A stretch of DNA of 64,000 nt. Origin: Vulcanimicrobiota bacterium (GTDB lineage: Bacteria; Vulcanimicrobiota; Xenobia; Xenobiales; JADMJV01). Positions within the stretch are counted from its first letter, which is position 1; the number at the start of each line of letters is the position of its first letter. A program made the position numbers and the translations under genes. This document shows positions 37,355 through 48,700 of the stretch, piece by piece. The notes beneath the pieces are model-generated. The model was not told where the DNA came from. It made no database searches and saw only the letters and a list, made by a program, of their open reading frames with translations. The stretch is taken from the NCBI GenBank assembly GCA_050250895.1, contig JBFWNU010000001.1, positions 1,128,008 to 1,192,007 on the forward strand, read 5' to 3'.

Positions 37355-38635
37355 TTGAAGGTTTTTCGCGATCCCGTCCATGGAGACATCCTGTTACCCG
37401 AGGCCTTGCTGGCCCTGGTCGACACGCGCGAGTTTCAGCGCCTGCGAGGGGTCAAAATGCTGGGAACGGCTTATCTGGTTTATCCCGGGGCTGTCCACAC
37501 ACGCTTTGAGCACAGCTTGGGGACGTGCTGGTTGACCACTCGTCTGCTCGAGGGCCTGGGTGTCGAGGCCGAGCGACGCCTGGCCGTGCAAGCCGCCGCT
37601 CTGCTGCATGACGTGACCCACATTCCCTTCGGCCATACCTTCGAGGATGAGCGCCGTATTTTCGAGCGTCACGACACACCCGCCCGCCTACGCCGGTTCA
37701 TCCCTCAGGGCGAACTGGGCAAAGCCCTTAAGGCGGCCGGATTGCTCGAGGCGGTGCTCGAGATTCTGACCGAGAATGCCCAACCCGGTTGGCAGTTCGA
37801 GATATTCTCTGGGACGGTCTGTGCCGATCTGCTCGACTATCTTGCCCGCGACGCCTATTTTTGCGGCCTGTCCCAGCGATACGACGAGCGCATCCTGCGG
37901 CATTTTCGCATCAACAACCGGGGACAACTTTATCTCGACGCCTACCGAGGCGGCCTGATTCGCGAGGATGTGCTCTCGGAAGTGGTCAACCTTTTGCGGT
38001 TGCGCTATTTCTTGTCGGAGCGGGTCTATTTTCACCACACCAAGACCGCCAGCGGAGCCATGATCTCGCGGGCCGTCGAGCAGGCGGTGGGGCTGGGTCT
38101 GACCCTGATCGAGTTGTCGCGACTCACCGACGAGCGCTTGCTGGCCTGGCTCGAGGGCAACTATGGTGGGGATGCCGTGGTCGGGCGGTTGCTTGACCAT
38201 CTATCCAGCCGGCGCATCTACAAGCGGGCCTATGTGCTCACCCGCCGCATCGGTGAGGAGCGGCGAACTCAGTTCGTGGAGCGTTACCATTTGCAAGCCG
38301 ACACCCGGCGCGAGGCCGAGACCGCGCTGGGCGAAAAGCTGCGCCTGAAGCCGGGTGAGCTGATCGTCTATTGTCCGGCCCAGGGGATGCAGCTCAAGGA
38401 GGCTGATGTTCGGCTTAAAGTCGACGACGGTGCGCCTCGCTCGATGTCAGAGCTGCAGCTGCCCGAGATTCAGGTCTTACGCGAGAAACACCAGGACCTG
38501 TGGAAGTTCTATGTTTTCGTGGCTCCCCACCTGATGGAGCGGGCGGCGGCGATCAGCCGGGCCTGCGAGGAGTACTTTCTCGAGGCAAACCACTTGCCTG
38601 GCCTGCGGAGCGGGCAACTCTATCTGGCCCTCTAG
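37355..38635 (+). CDS. HD-domain phosphohydrolase (SAMHD1-like dNTPase family)
   Basis: RDPVHG, FQRLR, YPGAVHTRFEHSLG, LLHD..H.PFGH..E, ADLLDYLARD, VYFH. Confidence 0.88.
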   Translation: MKVFRDPVHGDILLPEALLALVDTREFQRLRGVKMLGTAYLVYPGAVHTRFEHSLGTCWLTTRLLEGLGVEAERRLAVQAAALLHDVTHIPFGHTFEDERRIFERHDTPARLRRFIPQGELGKALKAAGLLEAVLEILTENAQPGWQFEIFSGTVCADLLDYLARDAYFCGLSQRYDERILRHFRINNRGQLYLDAYRGGLIREDVLSEVVNLLRLRYFLSERVYFHHTKTASGAMISRAVEQAVGLGLTLIELSRLTDERLLAWLEGNYGGDAVVGRLLDHLSSRRIYKRAYVLTRRIGEERRTQFVERYHLQADTRREAETALGEKLRLKPGELIVYCPAQGMQLKEADVRLKVDDGAPRSMSELQLPEIQVLREKHQDLWKFYVFVAPHLMERAAAISRACEEYFLEANHLPGLRSGQLYLAL

Positions 38636-38907
38636 CCCTCTTTGGGAACGAACCCTTCGGGCGGTTTGGCCGTGCCCTCGAAGAGAAACTGCTCGATCTG
38701 ATCGAAGAAGATCTGGTTGGTGGAGTCGTCCATCAAGTCGAGGCGGTATTCGTTGGTGACCATGATGAAGTGTTCTTCGAACATCTTCCAGGCCTCGGCC
38801 GACACGTTCTCATAGACTTTCTTGCCGACCGGGCCGGGGATGGGGGGCGAGTCGAGGCCCGGGAGTTCTTTCTTCAATTTGGCGCACATTACCATTCTTT
38901 CAGCCAT
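38632..38907 (-). CDS. yggX: Fe(II)-trafficking / oxidative damage protection protein
   Basis: RMVMCAKL..E..GL..PP.PG..G..YENVS.EAW...NEYRL, PPEGFVP. Confidence 0.9.
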   Translation of the reverse strand: MAERMVMCAKLKKELPGLDSPPIPGPVGKKVYENVSAEAWKMFEEHFIMVTNEYRLDLMDDSTNQIFFDQIEQFLFEGTAKPPEGFVPKEG

Positions 38908-39003
38908 GGGCTTCTCCTCACGATCTTTTCTGACCCCGCCTTTCTAGAGGGACAAGCCGGAACCCCTCCAGAAATCGGCTTCGATGAGCGACGATCTCAT
39001 GGG

Positions 39004-39543
39004 CTACTCTCGGGGCTTGAGGCCGTAGCGGGCGATCAAGCGTCGTTCGCGGCTGCGGCGGCCGGTCAGGCGGGTGCTCCAGTGGTCTTGACCAAGCGAG
39101 GTCACCAAAATGGTATGAAAGCCGAAGCGGTTGCCTCCGAGGATGTCAGAGAAAATCTGATCACCCACCATGCACGTATGCTCTGGCTGGGAGCCCAGCT
39201 TCTCGAGGGCCCAGCGAAAGGGGGTCGGTCCCGGCTTACGGGTGAAGAGCAAGGCGGGAAAGACCTTCTCGATGCTGAGCTCGGCGGCGATTTTCTCCAG
39301 ACGCTGGATGCGCCGCCCCCGGAACATCACGTTGGAGATCAGGCAGATATCCTCGATATAGCCGGCCTTACGGGCGGCCGCGATGGCCGCTTTGGCGCAG
39401 GGCACGATCTCGTGCCCGTGCTGGGGCACCAACGTATTATCCACGTCGAAACAGAAGTAGCGAATGCCGCGCTCGGCCAGGGCCTGGAAGTCGATGCTGG
39501 CGACCCGAGTGACGTATTCGTCTGGTTTTAGCGGATCCTTCAT
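39004..39543 (-). CDS. YqeG-family HAD IIIA phosphatase
   Basis: FDVDNTL, ISN, RKP, MVGDQIFSDILGGNR. Confidence 0.9.
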   Translation of the reverse strand: MKDPLKPDEYVTRVASIDFQALAERGIRYFCFDVDNTLVPQHGHEIVPCAKAAIAAARKAGYIEDICLISNVMFRGRRIQRLEKIAAELSIEKVFPALLFTRKPGPTPFRWALEKLGSQPEHTCMVGDQIFSDILGGNRFGFHTILVTSLGQDHWSTRLTGRRSRERRLIARYGLKPRE

Positions 39544-39624
39544 GACCGGCTCAGTCTAAACCACCAGTCCGCAAGATGCAATGCGGCCAGGAGGTTGCGC
39601 TTCGATCGAGAATTTTGGGCGCCG

Positions 39625-40890
39625 ATGAGTAGCGCCCCCGAGTCCCCTTTTGCAGGACTCGTATCGGATGTCGAACGGACGGTTCTTGACAACGGATTGC
39701 GAGTGCTGGTGAGGGAGGTATATCCCAGCCAGGTGGTGGCTCTATCCATTTGGGTGGGCGTGGGATCGGTCTTCGAGGCCTCCGAGCAGGCGGGTTACTC
39801 GCACTTTCTCGAGCATATGCTCTTTCGCAACCGGGCCGTCGGCAATGGGATCAGCTACGAGCTGCAGGCTCTGGGTGGATACCTCAACGGTTTCACTTCG
39901 TATGAATGCACCTGCTACTGGTCGGTTTTCTCGGAGCGTCATTTCGAGCGTGTCATCGAGCTCCAGCGCCAGGCGGTGCTCGACACTTGCTTTGGCCAGG
40001 AAGAATGTCAGCGCGAAGCCGAAGTCATTCTCGAAGAGCTGAAGATGCGCGAGGATGACCCTTCCGCCTATTGTTTCGAACAGCTCCTCGAAGTGGCTTA
40101 TCCAGACCATGCTTACGGCCGACCCATCATCGGCCGAGCCGAGGTGCTCGAGTCGGTCAAACCACAACATCTCGAGCAGTTCTATCGCCGGTTTTACGTC
40201 CCCGAGAACATGGCGGTGGTGGTGGTTGGGGGCATCTCGGCCGAGCGCGTGCTGCCCCTGGTCGAAGCTTGTTTTGGCAAGACGGGATCGGTGGCACCCC
40301 CGCCCCGCCAGCCCGGCCGCATCGGTGACGGGGGCCGGAGACGGCGGGTGCTTGAAGGAGATATCGCGGGTACCCACCTGCAGGTCGCCTTTCCCATCCC
40401 CGATCTCTATTCTGACGAGGCTTTCGCCTGCGATCTGCTGGCCTGTGTCCTGGGGCGAGGCCGCTCGTCGCGGTTGCATCGTTGCCTGCGAGAGCGCGAC
40501 AATTGCGTGTCGCGCATCGGCTCGAGCCTTTTTCTCGGTCGTGAGCCAGGCCAATTCGTGATCCAGGCGGTCTTGCCCAACCAGCACCTCGAGACGGCCG
40601 AGACCGCCCTGTGGCGCGAGCTCGAACGGGTTCGCCAGGGCGACATCAGCGAGCACGAGCTGCACAAAGCCCGCAACATGGTCGAGTCGTCCTATATTTT
40701 TGGCCAGGAGACGGTCGAAGGTCAGGCCCGCAAACTGGGTTACTATGAGATGATGGGCGATCATGGCCTGGCCGATGACTATGTGCGCCGCCTGTGGCGG
40801 GTCGATCTCGAAGGGCTGCGCTCGGCTGCTGCCCGCTTTCTCGAGCCGGCTTCAGCGAGCACGGTCGTCTATGGTGGCGCCAGGGGCTGA
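39625..40890 (+). CDS. M16 (pitrilysin) peptidase, catalytic subunit
   Basis: LDNGLRV, HFLEHMLF (HxxEH), NGFTS, REAEVILEE, HAYGRPIIG, SSRL. Confidence 0.92.
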   Translation: MSSAPESPFAGLVSDVERTVLDNGLRVLVREVYPSQVVALSIWVGVGSVFEASEQAGYSHFLEHMLFRNRAVGNGISYELQALGGYLNGFTSYECTCYWSVFSERHFERVIELQRQAVLDTCFGQEECQREAEVILEELKMREDDPSAYCFEQLLEVAYPDHAYGRPIIGRAEVLESVKPQHLEQFYRRFYVPENMAVVVVGGISAERVLPLVEACFGKTGSVAPPPRQPGRIGDGGRRRRVLEGDIAGTHLQVAFPIPDLYSDEAFACDLLACVLGRGRSSRLHRCLRERDNCVSRIGSSLFLGREPGQFVIQAVLPNQHLETAETALWRELERVRQGDISEHELHKARNMVESSYIFGQETVEGQARKLGYYEMMGDHGLADDYVRRLWRVDLEGLRSAAARFLEPASASTVVYGGARG

Positions 40891-42128
40891 TGCGGACCGA
40901 GTTGCTGCAGGGACCGGGCGGGAGCCGGTTGGTGATTCAAGAGGATCACTCCCATCCGCTGGTCACGGTCACGGCCGCCTGTCGGGGCGGTCAACGTTGG
41001 GAATGCGCCCAGGATCAGGGCCTGACCAGTCTCACTCAGCGTCTGCTGATCAAGGGCACCCGCCAGCGCTCGCGCGATCAGTTGGCCGATGATCTCGAGT
41101 TCCTCGGGGCGCCGTTCTTGCCCTATTGCGGCAAAGATACCTACGGGGCGACCCTGGCTGTGCTCTCACGCCACTTTCGGGCCGGTCTGTCGATCATGGC
41201 CGAGTGCCTGGGGGCTCCTGCTTTTGCCCCGGAAGAAGTCGAGAAGGAGAAATCGCTGCTCGAACTCGAGCGGCGACGCCTGGCCGATGACAGTCTCAAG
41301 TTCGCCCTGGAAGAGGCCGAGAGGCTCCTCTACGGGCAGCATCCTTACTCGCTGAGCATCCTGGGAACCGGCCAGAGTCTGGCCGCGATCACCAGTCAAC
41401 AGCTATCCGAGTGGCATCGGCGGCTGTTTGATTGCTCGCGCCTGACTCTGGCGGTGGTGGGTGACATCTCGCCCGAGGCCGTCAAAGCCCAGGTCGACGA
41501 ACTGTTCCGCTGGGACGGGGGCGGCCCGGCCGGGCCCGAGTCAGGGCCATGCGAGCCTCCCGAACAGGACCGCGAACTTTTGGTCTGGCGCGAACGCAAG
41601 CAGGCGACGCTGGTCCTGGCCCTCTTGGGACCTTGCTTTGCGGCCTCCGACTTCGCCGCCTTTCAGGTGTTGCAGATGGTGCTGGCCGGGATGGGCGGTC
41701 GGCTGTTTGCCGAACTGCGCGACCGGCGCGGCCTGGGTTACCTGGTCAACAGCACTCTGGAACGACGGCTGGATGGTAGTTGCTTCAAAGCTTACGTGGC
41801 TACCAGCGAGAGTCGGGCCCAAGAGGCTCTCGAGGCGATGCGCCACGAGATCGCCAGGCTGGCGTCCGAACCGGTGGGGCTCGAAGAACTCTATCGGGCC
41901 AAACGCTACATGCTGGGTCTGCACGAGATCAACCTCCAGAAAAAGGCATATCTGGCCCATCAGTTGGCAACTTACGAGGCCTTAGGACTGGGTTATCGGG
42001 CCTTTGAGCAATTTCCTGAGCAGGTTCGGGCCGTGACCGTCGAGCAGGTGCAGCAGGTGGCGGCCGTCTATTTGGACCGGCCGGCCGCCCTGGTCAGGGT
42101 TCTTCCCGCAAGTCAAAGCGCGAGTTGA
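40890..42128 (+). CDS. M16 peptidase, non-catalytic partner subunit
   Basis: No HxxEH; HPY, RLFAELRDRRGLGY (R/Y motif); TGATG overlap with the upstream gene. Confidence 0.88.
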   Translation: MRTELLQGPGGSRLVIQEDHSHPLVTVTAACRGGQRWECAQDQGLTSLTQRLLIKGTRQRSRDQLADDLEFLGAPFLPYCGKDTYGATLAVLSRHFRAGLSIMAECLGAPAFAPEEVEKEKSLLELERRRLADDSLKFALEEAERLLYGQHPYSLSILGTGQSLAAITSQQLSEWHRRLFDCSRLTLAVVGDISPEAVKAQVDELFRWDGGGPAGPESGPCEPPEQDRELLVWRERKQATLVLALLGPCFAASDFAAFQVLQMVLAGMGGRLFAELRDRRGLGYLVNSTLERRLDGSCFKAYVATSESRAQEALEAMRHEIARLASEPVGLEELYRAKRYMLGLHEINLQKKAYLAHQLATYEALGLGYRAFEQFPEQVRAVTVEQVQQVAAVYLDRPAALVRVLPASQSAS

Positions 42129-42903
42129 GGGGGTTGTCGCGACGCGACAGGCGGGCGAAGGTCTGGTTGCCTTTGCGTTCAAGAATCTGAAGCATGCTTC
42201 CGGCGGCGCTCTCGAGCAACGTTCGACCCTCGCTCCATTCAAGCTTTTGATGGGCCGGGCCTGAGTTCCACACAAAGCTGGTGCCGCCGGCGATGGGTCC
42301 CTGATGCCAGTCGGGCAGATTGGGCTGGGTGCCGGCCAGGCGGGGGTCAGCCAGCCCGATCAGGGGCTGTTTTAGACCGGCCGTTCGCAAACCAGCCAGC
42401 AGGGTGGGGTCGACCTTGGCTTCGGCGGGACGGATCTCGACCGCCTCGGTCCCGTCGTCGTCCGCTCGCGTCTTGTCCTGGCCCTGCACCACCGCCGAAA
42501 TCTCACGAGGCGCTGCGGCCGAGACCACGGACAGGCCGATCACCGGAGTGGGTCCGGCCCAGCCTCGGCGTTCGGCTTCTTTGACGGTCTGTTCGCGGTT
42601 GTGCTGGCGCACCTCGGAATGCGACTGAGCTTCTTTGCGATCCGCCTCGGCCGCCAACTTTTGCTCGTCGCGGGCCAGATCGTCGGTCTTCTTTTGCAAT
42701 TCTTCGCCGGTTTGGCCAGCCTCTTTCTTCTCGTCTTCCTTCTCGACCCGCTTGTCGAGGAGGCTCGAAAAGTCGCGCTTGGATTCTTCGTCGGGCTGGA
42801 CCTCTTTGCCGGTGCGGGCAGCCTCGCCCATGAACTGAGCTCGATCGGTCAGGCGCTTGTCCTGCACATGATGGGATTCGGGCAACAGGGGAGGACCGGC
42901 CAC
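42094..42903 (-). CDS. Hypothetical protein with charged coiled-coil N-terminal half
   Basis: Long ORF in tandem with the upstream gene; E/K/Q-rich helix; no recognised motif. Confidence 0.55.
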   Translation of the reverse strand: MAGPPLLPESHHVQDKRLTDRAQFMGEAARTGKEVQPDEESKRDFSSLLDKRVEKEDEKKEAGQTGEELQKKTDDLARDEQKLAAEADRKEAQSHSEVRQHNREQTVKEAERRGWAGPTPVIGLSVVSAAAPREISAVVQGQDKTRADDDGTEAVEIRPAEAKVDPTLLAGLRTAGLKQPLIGLADPRLAGTQPNLPDWHQGPIAGGTSFVWNSGPAHQKLEWSEGRTLLESAAGSMLQILERKGNQTFARLSRRDNPLNSRFDLREEP

Positions 42904-42904
42904 C

Positions 42905-43924
42905 CTAGTAGATTCTCCGGGTTTGCAGATAGGTCGAGCCCAGGAAGGCCGCGCCGATCAGTCCGTAAAGCATCCCCGTGAAGACCAGGTTCCAAAGCGC
43001 TCGGCGCTGCGACTCTTCGCGCGGGATGGCGTAGCGAAGCTCGAGCATCAACTCTCGGTCCACTGCCTCCAGGCCCCGTTCTTGTTTGGCCTGGCGCAAC
43101 TCGGGCCCGAGCAACTCGTCGGCCGGCAGCCGCTCGGTCAGGCGCTTGAGGGCCACGCCCGGGCTATAGGCGCTCAGGCGCAGGGGATAGTCGAGATGAT
43201 GCGAGACGACCCCCAGCATCACCGTCATTACGGCGAACAGGCCCACTGCTCGCAACGACTGGGCGCGGCTGCGCGAGCGCAGCAGATACATAAACAGGCA
43301 AAAGCCCAGAATGCCAGACCAGCATGGTTTGGCCCACTCCACCGCCGGCACCGCCAGCAGCAGTCCGAGGGTGCTCCACCAGGCCGCCGAAGCGGCTCGC
43401 TCAGGCTTGGAAATCAACATGCCCAGCCACATTCCGCAACAGCCAGCCAAGAGGCCGGACAATCCCACGAACAAGTTGACGACCAGGATGATCGACGGCG
43501 GGACACCGCCCCACCACCCATAGGTCAGCAAGCTGATGGGCAGGAAGGCCAACAATTCGAGCCACATCGGCAACAGGACGGCCAGCAGTTTGGCGAGCAC
43601 CGCCCAGGCCAGTGAGTGAGGCGTCGAGCGCAGCACGGCGATGGTGTTCTGGCGCACGTCGTAGGCCATCGAGACGGCGCTATAGACGGCCGCTCGAAAG
43701 CAGATCATCAAGGCGTGAATCGTGGCCAGGAAGCAGAGGAAGGCGAGGTAACCCTGAGAGTCGACCTTATGGACCTCCCACTGTAGGAAGAGAACCAGAA
43801 AAGTGACCAGCAAAAACCAGAATGGTCCAGGGTAGCTCCAACTACGTTTGGGATAACGGCGTTTGGCCAGGCTCCACAGCTCACGCCGTAGCAAGGGGTC
43901 GTTGAATAGGCGTCGGAATTTCAC
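42905..43924 (-). CDS. ABC-2-type permease-like membrane protein
   Basis: DPLLRREL N-terminus, T..VLRSTP.S....V.AKL motif, about 7-8 TM segments. Confidence 0.65.
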   Translation of the reverse strand: MKFRRLFNDPLLRRELWSLAKRRYPKRSWSYPGPFWFLLVTFLVLFLQWEVHKVDSQGYLAFLCFLATIHALMICFRAAVYSAVSMAYDVRQNTIAVLRSTPHSLAWAVLAKLLAVLLPMWLELLAFLPISLLTYGWWGGVPPSIILVVNLFVGLSGLLAGCCGMWLGMLISKPERAASAAWWSTLGLLLAVPAVEWAKPCWSGILGFCLFMYLLRSRSRAQSLRAVGLFAVMTVMLGVVSHHLDYPLRLSAYSPGVALKRLTERLPADELLGPELRQAKQERGLEAVDRELMLELRYAIPREESQRRALWNLVFTGMLYGLIGAAFLGSTYLQTRRIY

Positions 43925-44036
43925 GAACGCTTCACCTTCTGATCCAATCCTCCAATGGGTCCATTATAGCCGATGGGGGCTAATGCATGAACCATGTTGG
44001 CGATCTTTTGCGTTCGACCTTCGTCAGGCCCGGGAT

Positions 44037-44618
44037 TTACAAAGGCTGCCAGACGTCCACGCGCAGCTCACTCTCAGAGGCGCGATAGTCCCAACTGTGA
44101 GTAGTGCCATCTTCCCAGGTGACTTCGACTCGATAGTAGGCCCCCTGGACGGCCTGAGGCAGCAGGGTTTCTACCTCATAGAGTTTGCCGGGGTTGTAGC
44201 TCATTTCGCTCTGGTGATAGCTGTCGTTGCTGCGGCCGTAGATCTGGACGGTTTCTACCGGCACATAGCACTGATTGTAATGATCGTAATAGCGGTGCGC
44301 CACCACCCGCACGCCGGGGTCGGGCTGCCGGCGGCTACGCGAGGGCCGGTAGAGGTTGCCGACGATTTGCTGGGTTTGCTGCTCGGCTCGGACCAGCTCG
44401 GTCTGACGTTGACGCTGCCAGGGGAGCACTTTGGGAGCGGTCGGCTGGCTGAGCGCGGGGGCCGGGGCCGGTTCGGGAAGGGCCAGGCTCACAGGCTTGA
44501 CCGAAGGGCGTCCGAGGTTGATGGTCGTCCAATCCAGGGTGTAGTCCGAGCCGTCGCCCAGAGCAGGCCAGGACAGAGAGACGAACAGGGCAACCACGAG
44601 CAAATTGAGTTTTGACAT
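44037..44618 (-). CDS. Secreted hypothetical protein
   Basis: Signal peptide ending PALG, Pro-rich linker, Tyr-rich beta-type C-terminus. Confidence 0.6.
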   Translation of the reverse strand: MSKLNLLVVALFVSLSWPALGDGSDYTLDWTTINLGRPSVKPVSLALPEPAPAPALSQPTAPKVLPWQRQRQTELVRAEQQTQQIVGNLYRPSRSRRQPDPGVRVVAHRYYDHYNQCYVPVETVQIYGRSNDSYHQSEMSYNPGKLYEVETLLPQAVQGAYYRVEVTWEDGTTHSWDYRASESELRVDVWQPL

Positions 44619-44767
44619 GCACTCAATTTAACGAGGCACCCAGAAAAAAGTTTGAAAGCTTACATGATGGTGGTAGATTGATTGGTTGCTTTGACCTGGG
44701 GGACGCGCCTTCGGGATCCGAAAATGGCGAGCTACCTGGAAGGAGCCGAGCAGCGGGCGAGAAAGTT

Positions 44768-45751
44768 ATGCAGATGAGCAGCGAAGAGCTGACCCTTCAG
44801 TCTCCACTTCACGACAAGGATTTTGCTCCCGGTACCCGGGTCTTGATCGCCGAAGACGATCCCATCACCCGCATGATGCTGGGGGCGACCCTGTCCAGCT
44901 GGGGCGTGGAGACGATTCAAGTCGGGGACGGCGACGAGGCACTCAAGGTCATGCAGTCGGAAGACCCGCCAAGACTGGCCTTGCTCGACTGGATCATGCC
45001 CGGCAAAGACGGTCCTCAGGTCTGCAAAGAGCTGCGGACGGGCGCTCCCGAACCTTACATCTACACCATCTTGTTGACCTCGATGGACCGCAAGGAAGAC
45101 CTCATCACCGGGCTCGAGAGTGGGGCTGACGACTATCTCATCAAACCTTACGATCCCAGCGAATTGCGGGTTCGGCTCAAGGCCGGGGAACGTATCGTGC
45201 GTCTTCAGGCAGAACTGATCTCCGCTCGCGAAGCCTTGCGGATCCAGGCGACTCGCGACTCGCTAACGGGGCTGTTGAACCGGCGGGCCATGCACGACTC
45301 TTTCGAAGAGCAGCTTTCCCGGGCTCGCCGAAAGTCCGAGTTCGTCTCGGTCTTGCTGGTCGATATCGACCACTTCAAGCGGATCAACGATACCTACGGA
45401 CATGACGCCGGCGACACCGTGCTGGTCGAGGTCTCGCAGCGAATGAACAACTCGATCCGCAAGTACGACATCCTTAGCCGGCACGGGGGCGAAGAATTCT
45501 TGCTGCTTTTTCCCGAGTGCAACGTCGAGCAGGGCCAGGCGATCGCTCAGAAACTGCGCGAGGTCGTTCGCGGCAAGTCGGTCTCGCTGGACAATGGCAC
45601 TACCCTCGAAGTGACCGCCAGTATGGGCTTGTTGACGCTTGTTCCCGGCGAAGAACACACCCAATCGCTGCTGGTCAATGCGGCCGACGAGGCTCTCTAT
45701 GAGGCCAAGCAAACGGGTCGGGATCGAGTGGTTCATCGGACTTCTGTCTGA
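44768..45751 (+). CDS. Response-regulator diguanylate cyclase (REC-GGDEF)
   Basis: IAEDD, LDWIMPG, KP; DSLTGLLNRR, DIDHFKRINDTYGHDAGD, I-site RKYD five residues before GGEEF, ADEALYEAK. Confidence 0.93.
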   Translation: MQMSSEELTLQSPLHDKDFAPGTRVLIAEDDPITRMMLGATLSSWGVETIQVGDGDEALKVMQSEDPPRLALLDWIMPGKDGPQVCKELRTGAPEPYIYTILLTSMDRKEDLITGLESGADDYLIKPYDPSELRVRLKAGERIVRLQAELISAREALRIQATRDSLTGLLNRRAMHDSFEEQLSRARRKSEFVSVLLVDIDHFKRINDTYGHDAGDTVLVEVSQRMNNSIRKYDILSRHGGEEFLLLFPECNVEQGQAIAQKLREVVRGKSVSLDNGTTLEVTASMGLLTLVPGEEHTQSLLVNAADEALYEAKQTGRDRVVHRTSV

Positions 45752-45759
45752 ATCAGTCT

Positions 45760-48700
45760 ATGATGTCTGAGACTTACAGTCTCCCAAGTCGCTTTCAAGT
45801 CCAGGCCGAGTTGGGCCGGGGCGGGATGGGCGTAGTGCTCAAAGCCCAGGACACGGCCTATGGAAGGCCGGTGGCCATCAAGATTCTGGCTGGTTCGTTG
45901 TTAGAAGAGTCTTTGGTCTTGCGTTTTCGACGCGAGGCTTCCGACCTGGCCGAACTCTCTCACCCCAATGTGGTTCACAGCTATGAGTTCGGCCACTTCG
46001 AAGGGCGGGAGTACCTGGTCATGGAGTATGTCGATGGCGGCAACCTCTATGACTTCATCGGTCGCACTGACGGCCTGGACCAGATTCTCGAGGCGTTTGT
46101 CAGCATCTGTGAGGGCCTCGAGCATATCCACTCGCAGGGCATCGTGCACCGTGACCTCAAGCCCGAGAACATCCTCTTCACGCGCAGCGGCCAGGCCAAA
46201 ATCACCGACTTCGGTATCGCTCGTCGGGTCGAGTCCGATACCAAGTTGACCCAGGCTGGCACCATTCTGGGCACGAGTTTCTATGTAGCTCCTGAGCAGA
46301 TCATCTCGTCGAGCCGGGTCACGCCCGAGGCCGATCTCTACGCTCTGGGCATCTGTCTTTTCGAGGCCGTGACCGGTCAATTGCCTTTTGACGGCGAGAC
46401 AGAATACGCTCTGTTGCAGGCTCACCTCAAGACTCCCGCTCCCCTGGCTTCCAGCATTCGGCCTGACATCCCCGAGGCTCTCGACACGCTCATTTCGCGA
46501 TTGCTGGCCAAGAAGCCCGACCAACGCCCCGGTTCGGCACGCAAGGTGCGCTCGATGTTGCGGGCCAGCCTCGAGATGGGACTGGTCAAGCGGGACACAT
46601 CCAGTCAGAAATCCATCACGGCTGTGGGCGAGGCTGCCCGCGAAGGCCTGATCACCTTCGATGCCAAGGGCAACGTCGAGTCGGTCAACCCCACCATTGC
46701 CAAGATCCTGGGGCGTCCCAGCGAGGCGCTGTTCGGGGCCGCCATCACCGATCTCATCCCGTCGATGGAAGCTATTCTCAATCAAAGCCACGACGAGTTG
46801 CTGGGTTCAGCCTTTCGGGTGGAAGCCGTCCGCCGGGTCGAAGAGAGGATCTCGCTGGAGGTCAGTGTTTCCTTCCTCGAGAGCTCGCAGGGGCGCCAAT
46901 ACACCGCTACCGTGCGCGAGGTAGCGCGCCCGCAGGAGCAAGAGGAACAGGGTACCCAGGGCCAGAGCTCGCTGGATTTTCTGGCGAACCTCAGCCACGA
47001 GGTGTGGACCCCGATGAACGGGATCATCGGCATGAGCAGGCTGGCGCTGGGTACCGACCTGAGCGCCACTCAGCGCGAGTATCTGACCGCCGTCTCCAGT
47101 TCGGCCGAGGTGCTTCAGGATGTGCTCAACGGGATCTTCGACTACAGCAAATTGCAGGCTGGAGCCCTCGATTTCGAGCCCGTCGCCTTCGATCTTCGGG
47201 CTTTCCTCGATTCGATTCTCAAGCCGTTCATGGTCCAGGCCAGCGCCAAAGGCCTTCAACTGAATTGCAATGTCGAGTCGTTGGTGCCCGATATGGTGGT
47301 CAACGACCCCCAACGCCTGCGTCAGGTGTTACGCAACCTGGTGGACAACGCCATCAAATTCACCGACCGCGGCGGAGTGACCGTGCTGGTGGCCCGTGAG
47401 TCCGGGGATAATAAGGTCGCCGTGCTTCGTTTTGTGGTCTCTGACACCGGCTGCGGTCTGACCGAAGACGAGCAAAAGCGAATCTTCAAACCGTTCTACC
47501 AGGCCGACACTTCCATCTCCCGCTCCTACGGGGGCGTCGGTCTGGGTCTGGCGGTCGTTCACGGTATCGTGCGCATGATGAACGGCCGGGTTTGGGTCGA
47601 CAGCCAGCCGGGCCGGGGCAGCAGTTTTCAATGCACAGCCCAGTTCGGGGTGGCCCCGTCGCTCGATACCGACAAGGGCTCGCCCACTACCAGCTTCAAG
47701 GATGTGCGCGTGCTGGTGGCCGACGCTTCTGGTCACCGGGGCCGTTTGAGCGAGACCCTGGCAGGCTGGGGGATGATGCCCACCGTGGTCGAGAGCGAGC
47801 GGGCCGCGTTGTCGGTGCTGGATCGGGCCGTGCTCAAGAACGAGAGTTTCAGTCTGGTGCTCACCGACGCTCACTCTCCTCAGCTGGATGGTTTCCGATT
47901 GGCCCACAAGCTGCGCTCCAATCCGGCTCTGCGCGGGCTCTCTATCATCGTGATGGCTTCGACCACGCGCAAGGGCGACGCGGCTCGCTGTCAAGAATTG
48001 GGTGTCGACGCTTTGATCCACAAGCCGCTCAAGCCCTCCGAGCTATGGGAGACGGTGCTTCGCGTGTTGCGTAAGTCGCCCCAAACCGGCTCGACTAAGG
48101 TCGGACCACTACGCATTTTGTTGGCCGAAGACAACCCCATCAACCAGCGTCTGGCCACGGTGCTGCTCGAAAGCAAAGGTCACTCGGTGACCGTGGCCGA
48201 GAACGGTCTGGAAGTTCTCGAGGCCATCGAATGCGACGACTATAGCCTGATTTTGATGGATGTGCAGATGCCCGAGCTCGACGGCATCGCCACCACCGAG
48301 CATATTCGCCAGCGGGAGCGCCAGTTGGGCGGTCACATCCCGATTATTGCCCTGACCGCCCATGCCCTCAAGGGTTATCCCGAACGCTGCCTGGCGGCCG
48401 GCATGGATGCCTATCTTCCCAAACCGCTTGACGAGAACGATCTGCTCACCACCATCGCTCGGGTGGTAACTCAGGAATATACCGAGCCGAGTCGCCCCGA
48501 CCGCACTACCGTACTGCTGGCCAATCCTCACCTGGTGCTGGATCAGGCCACGCTGCTGCAACGGGTGGGTGGCAACTCTCAGCATCTTTGCATGCTGATC
48601 GACATGTTCATGGAACTGCATCAGCAGCAGTTGGCCGCCATTGAGAAGGCTATCGCCGATGCCGACCCCGGAGCCTTGCAGCGCGCCGCCCACACCTTCA

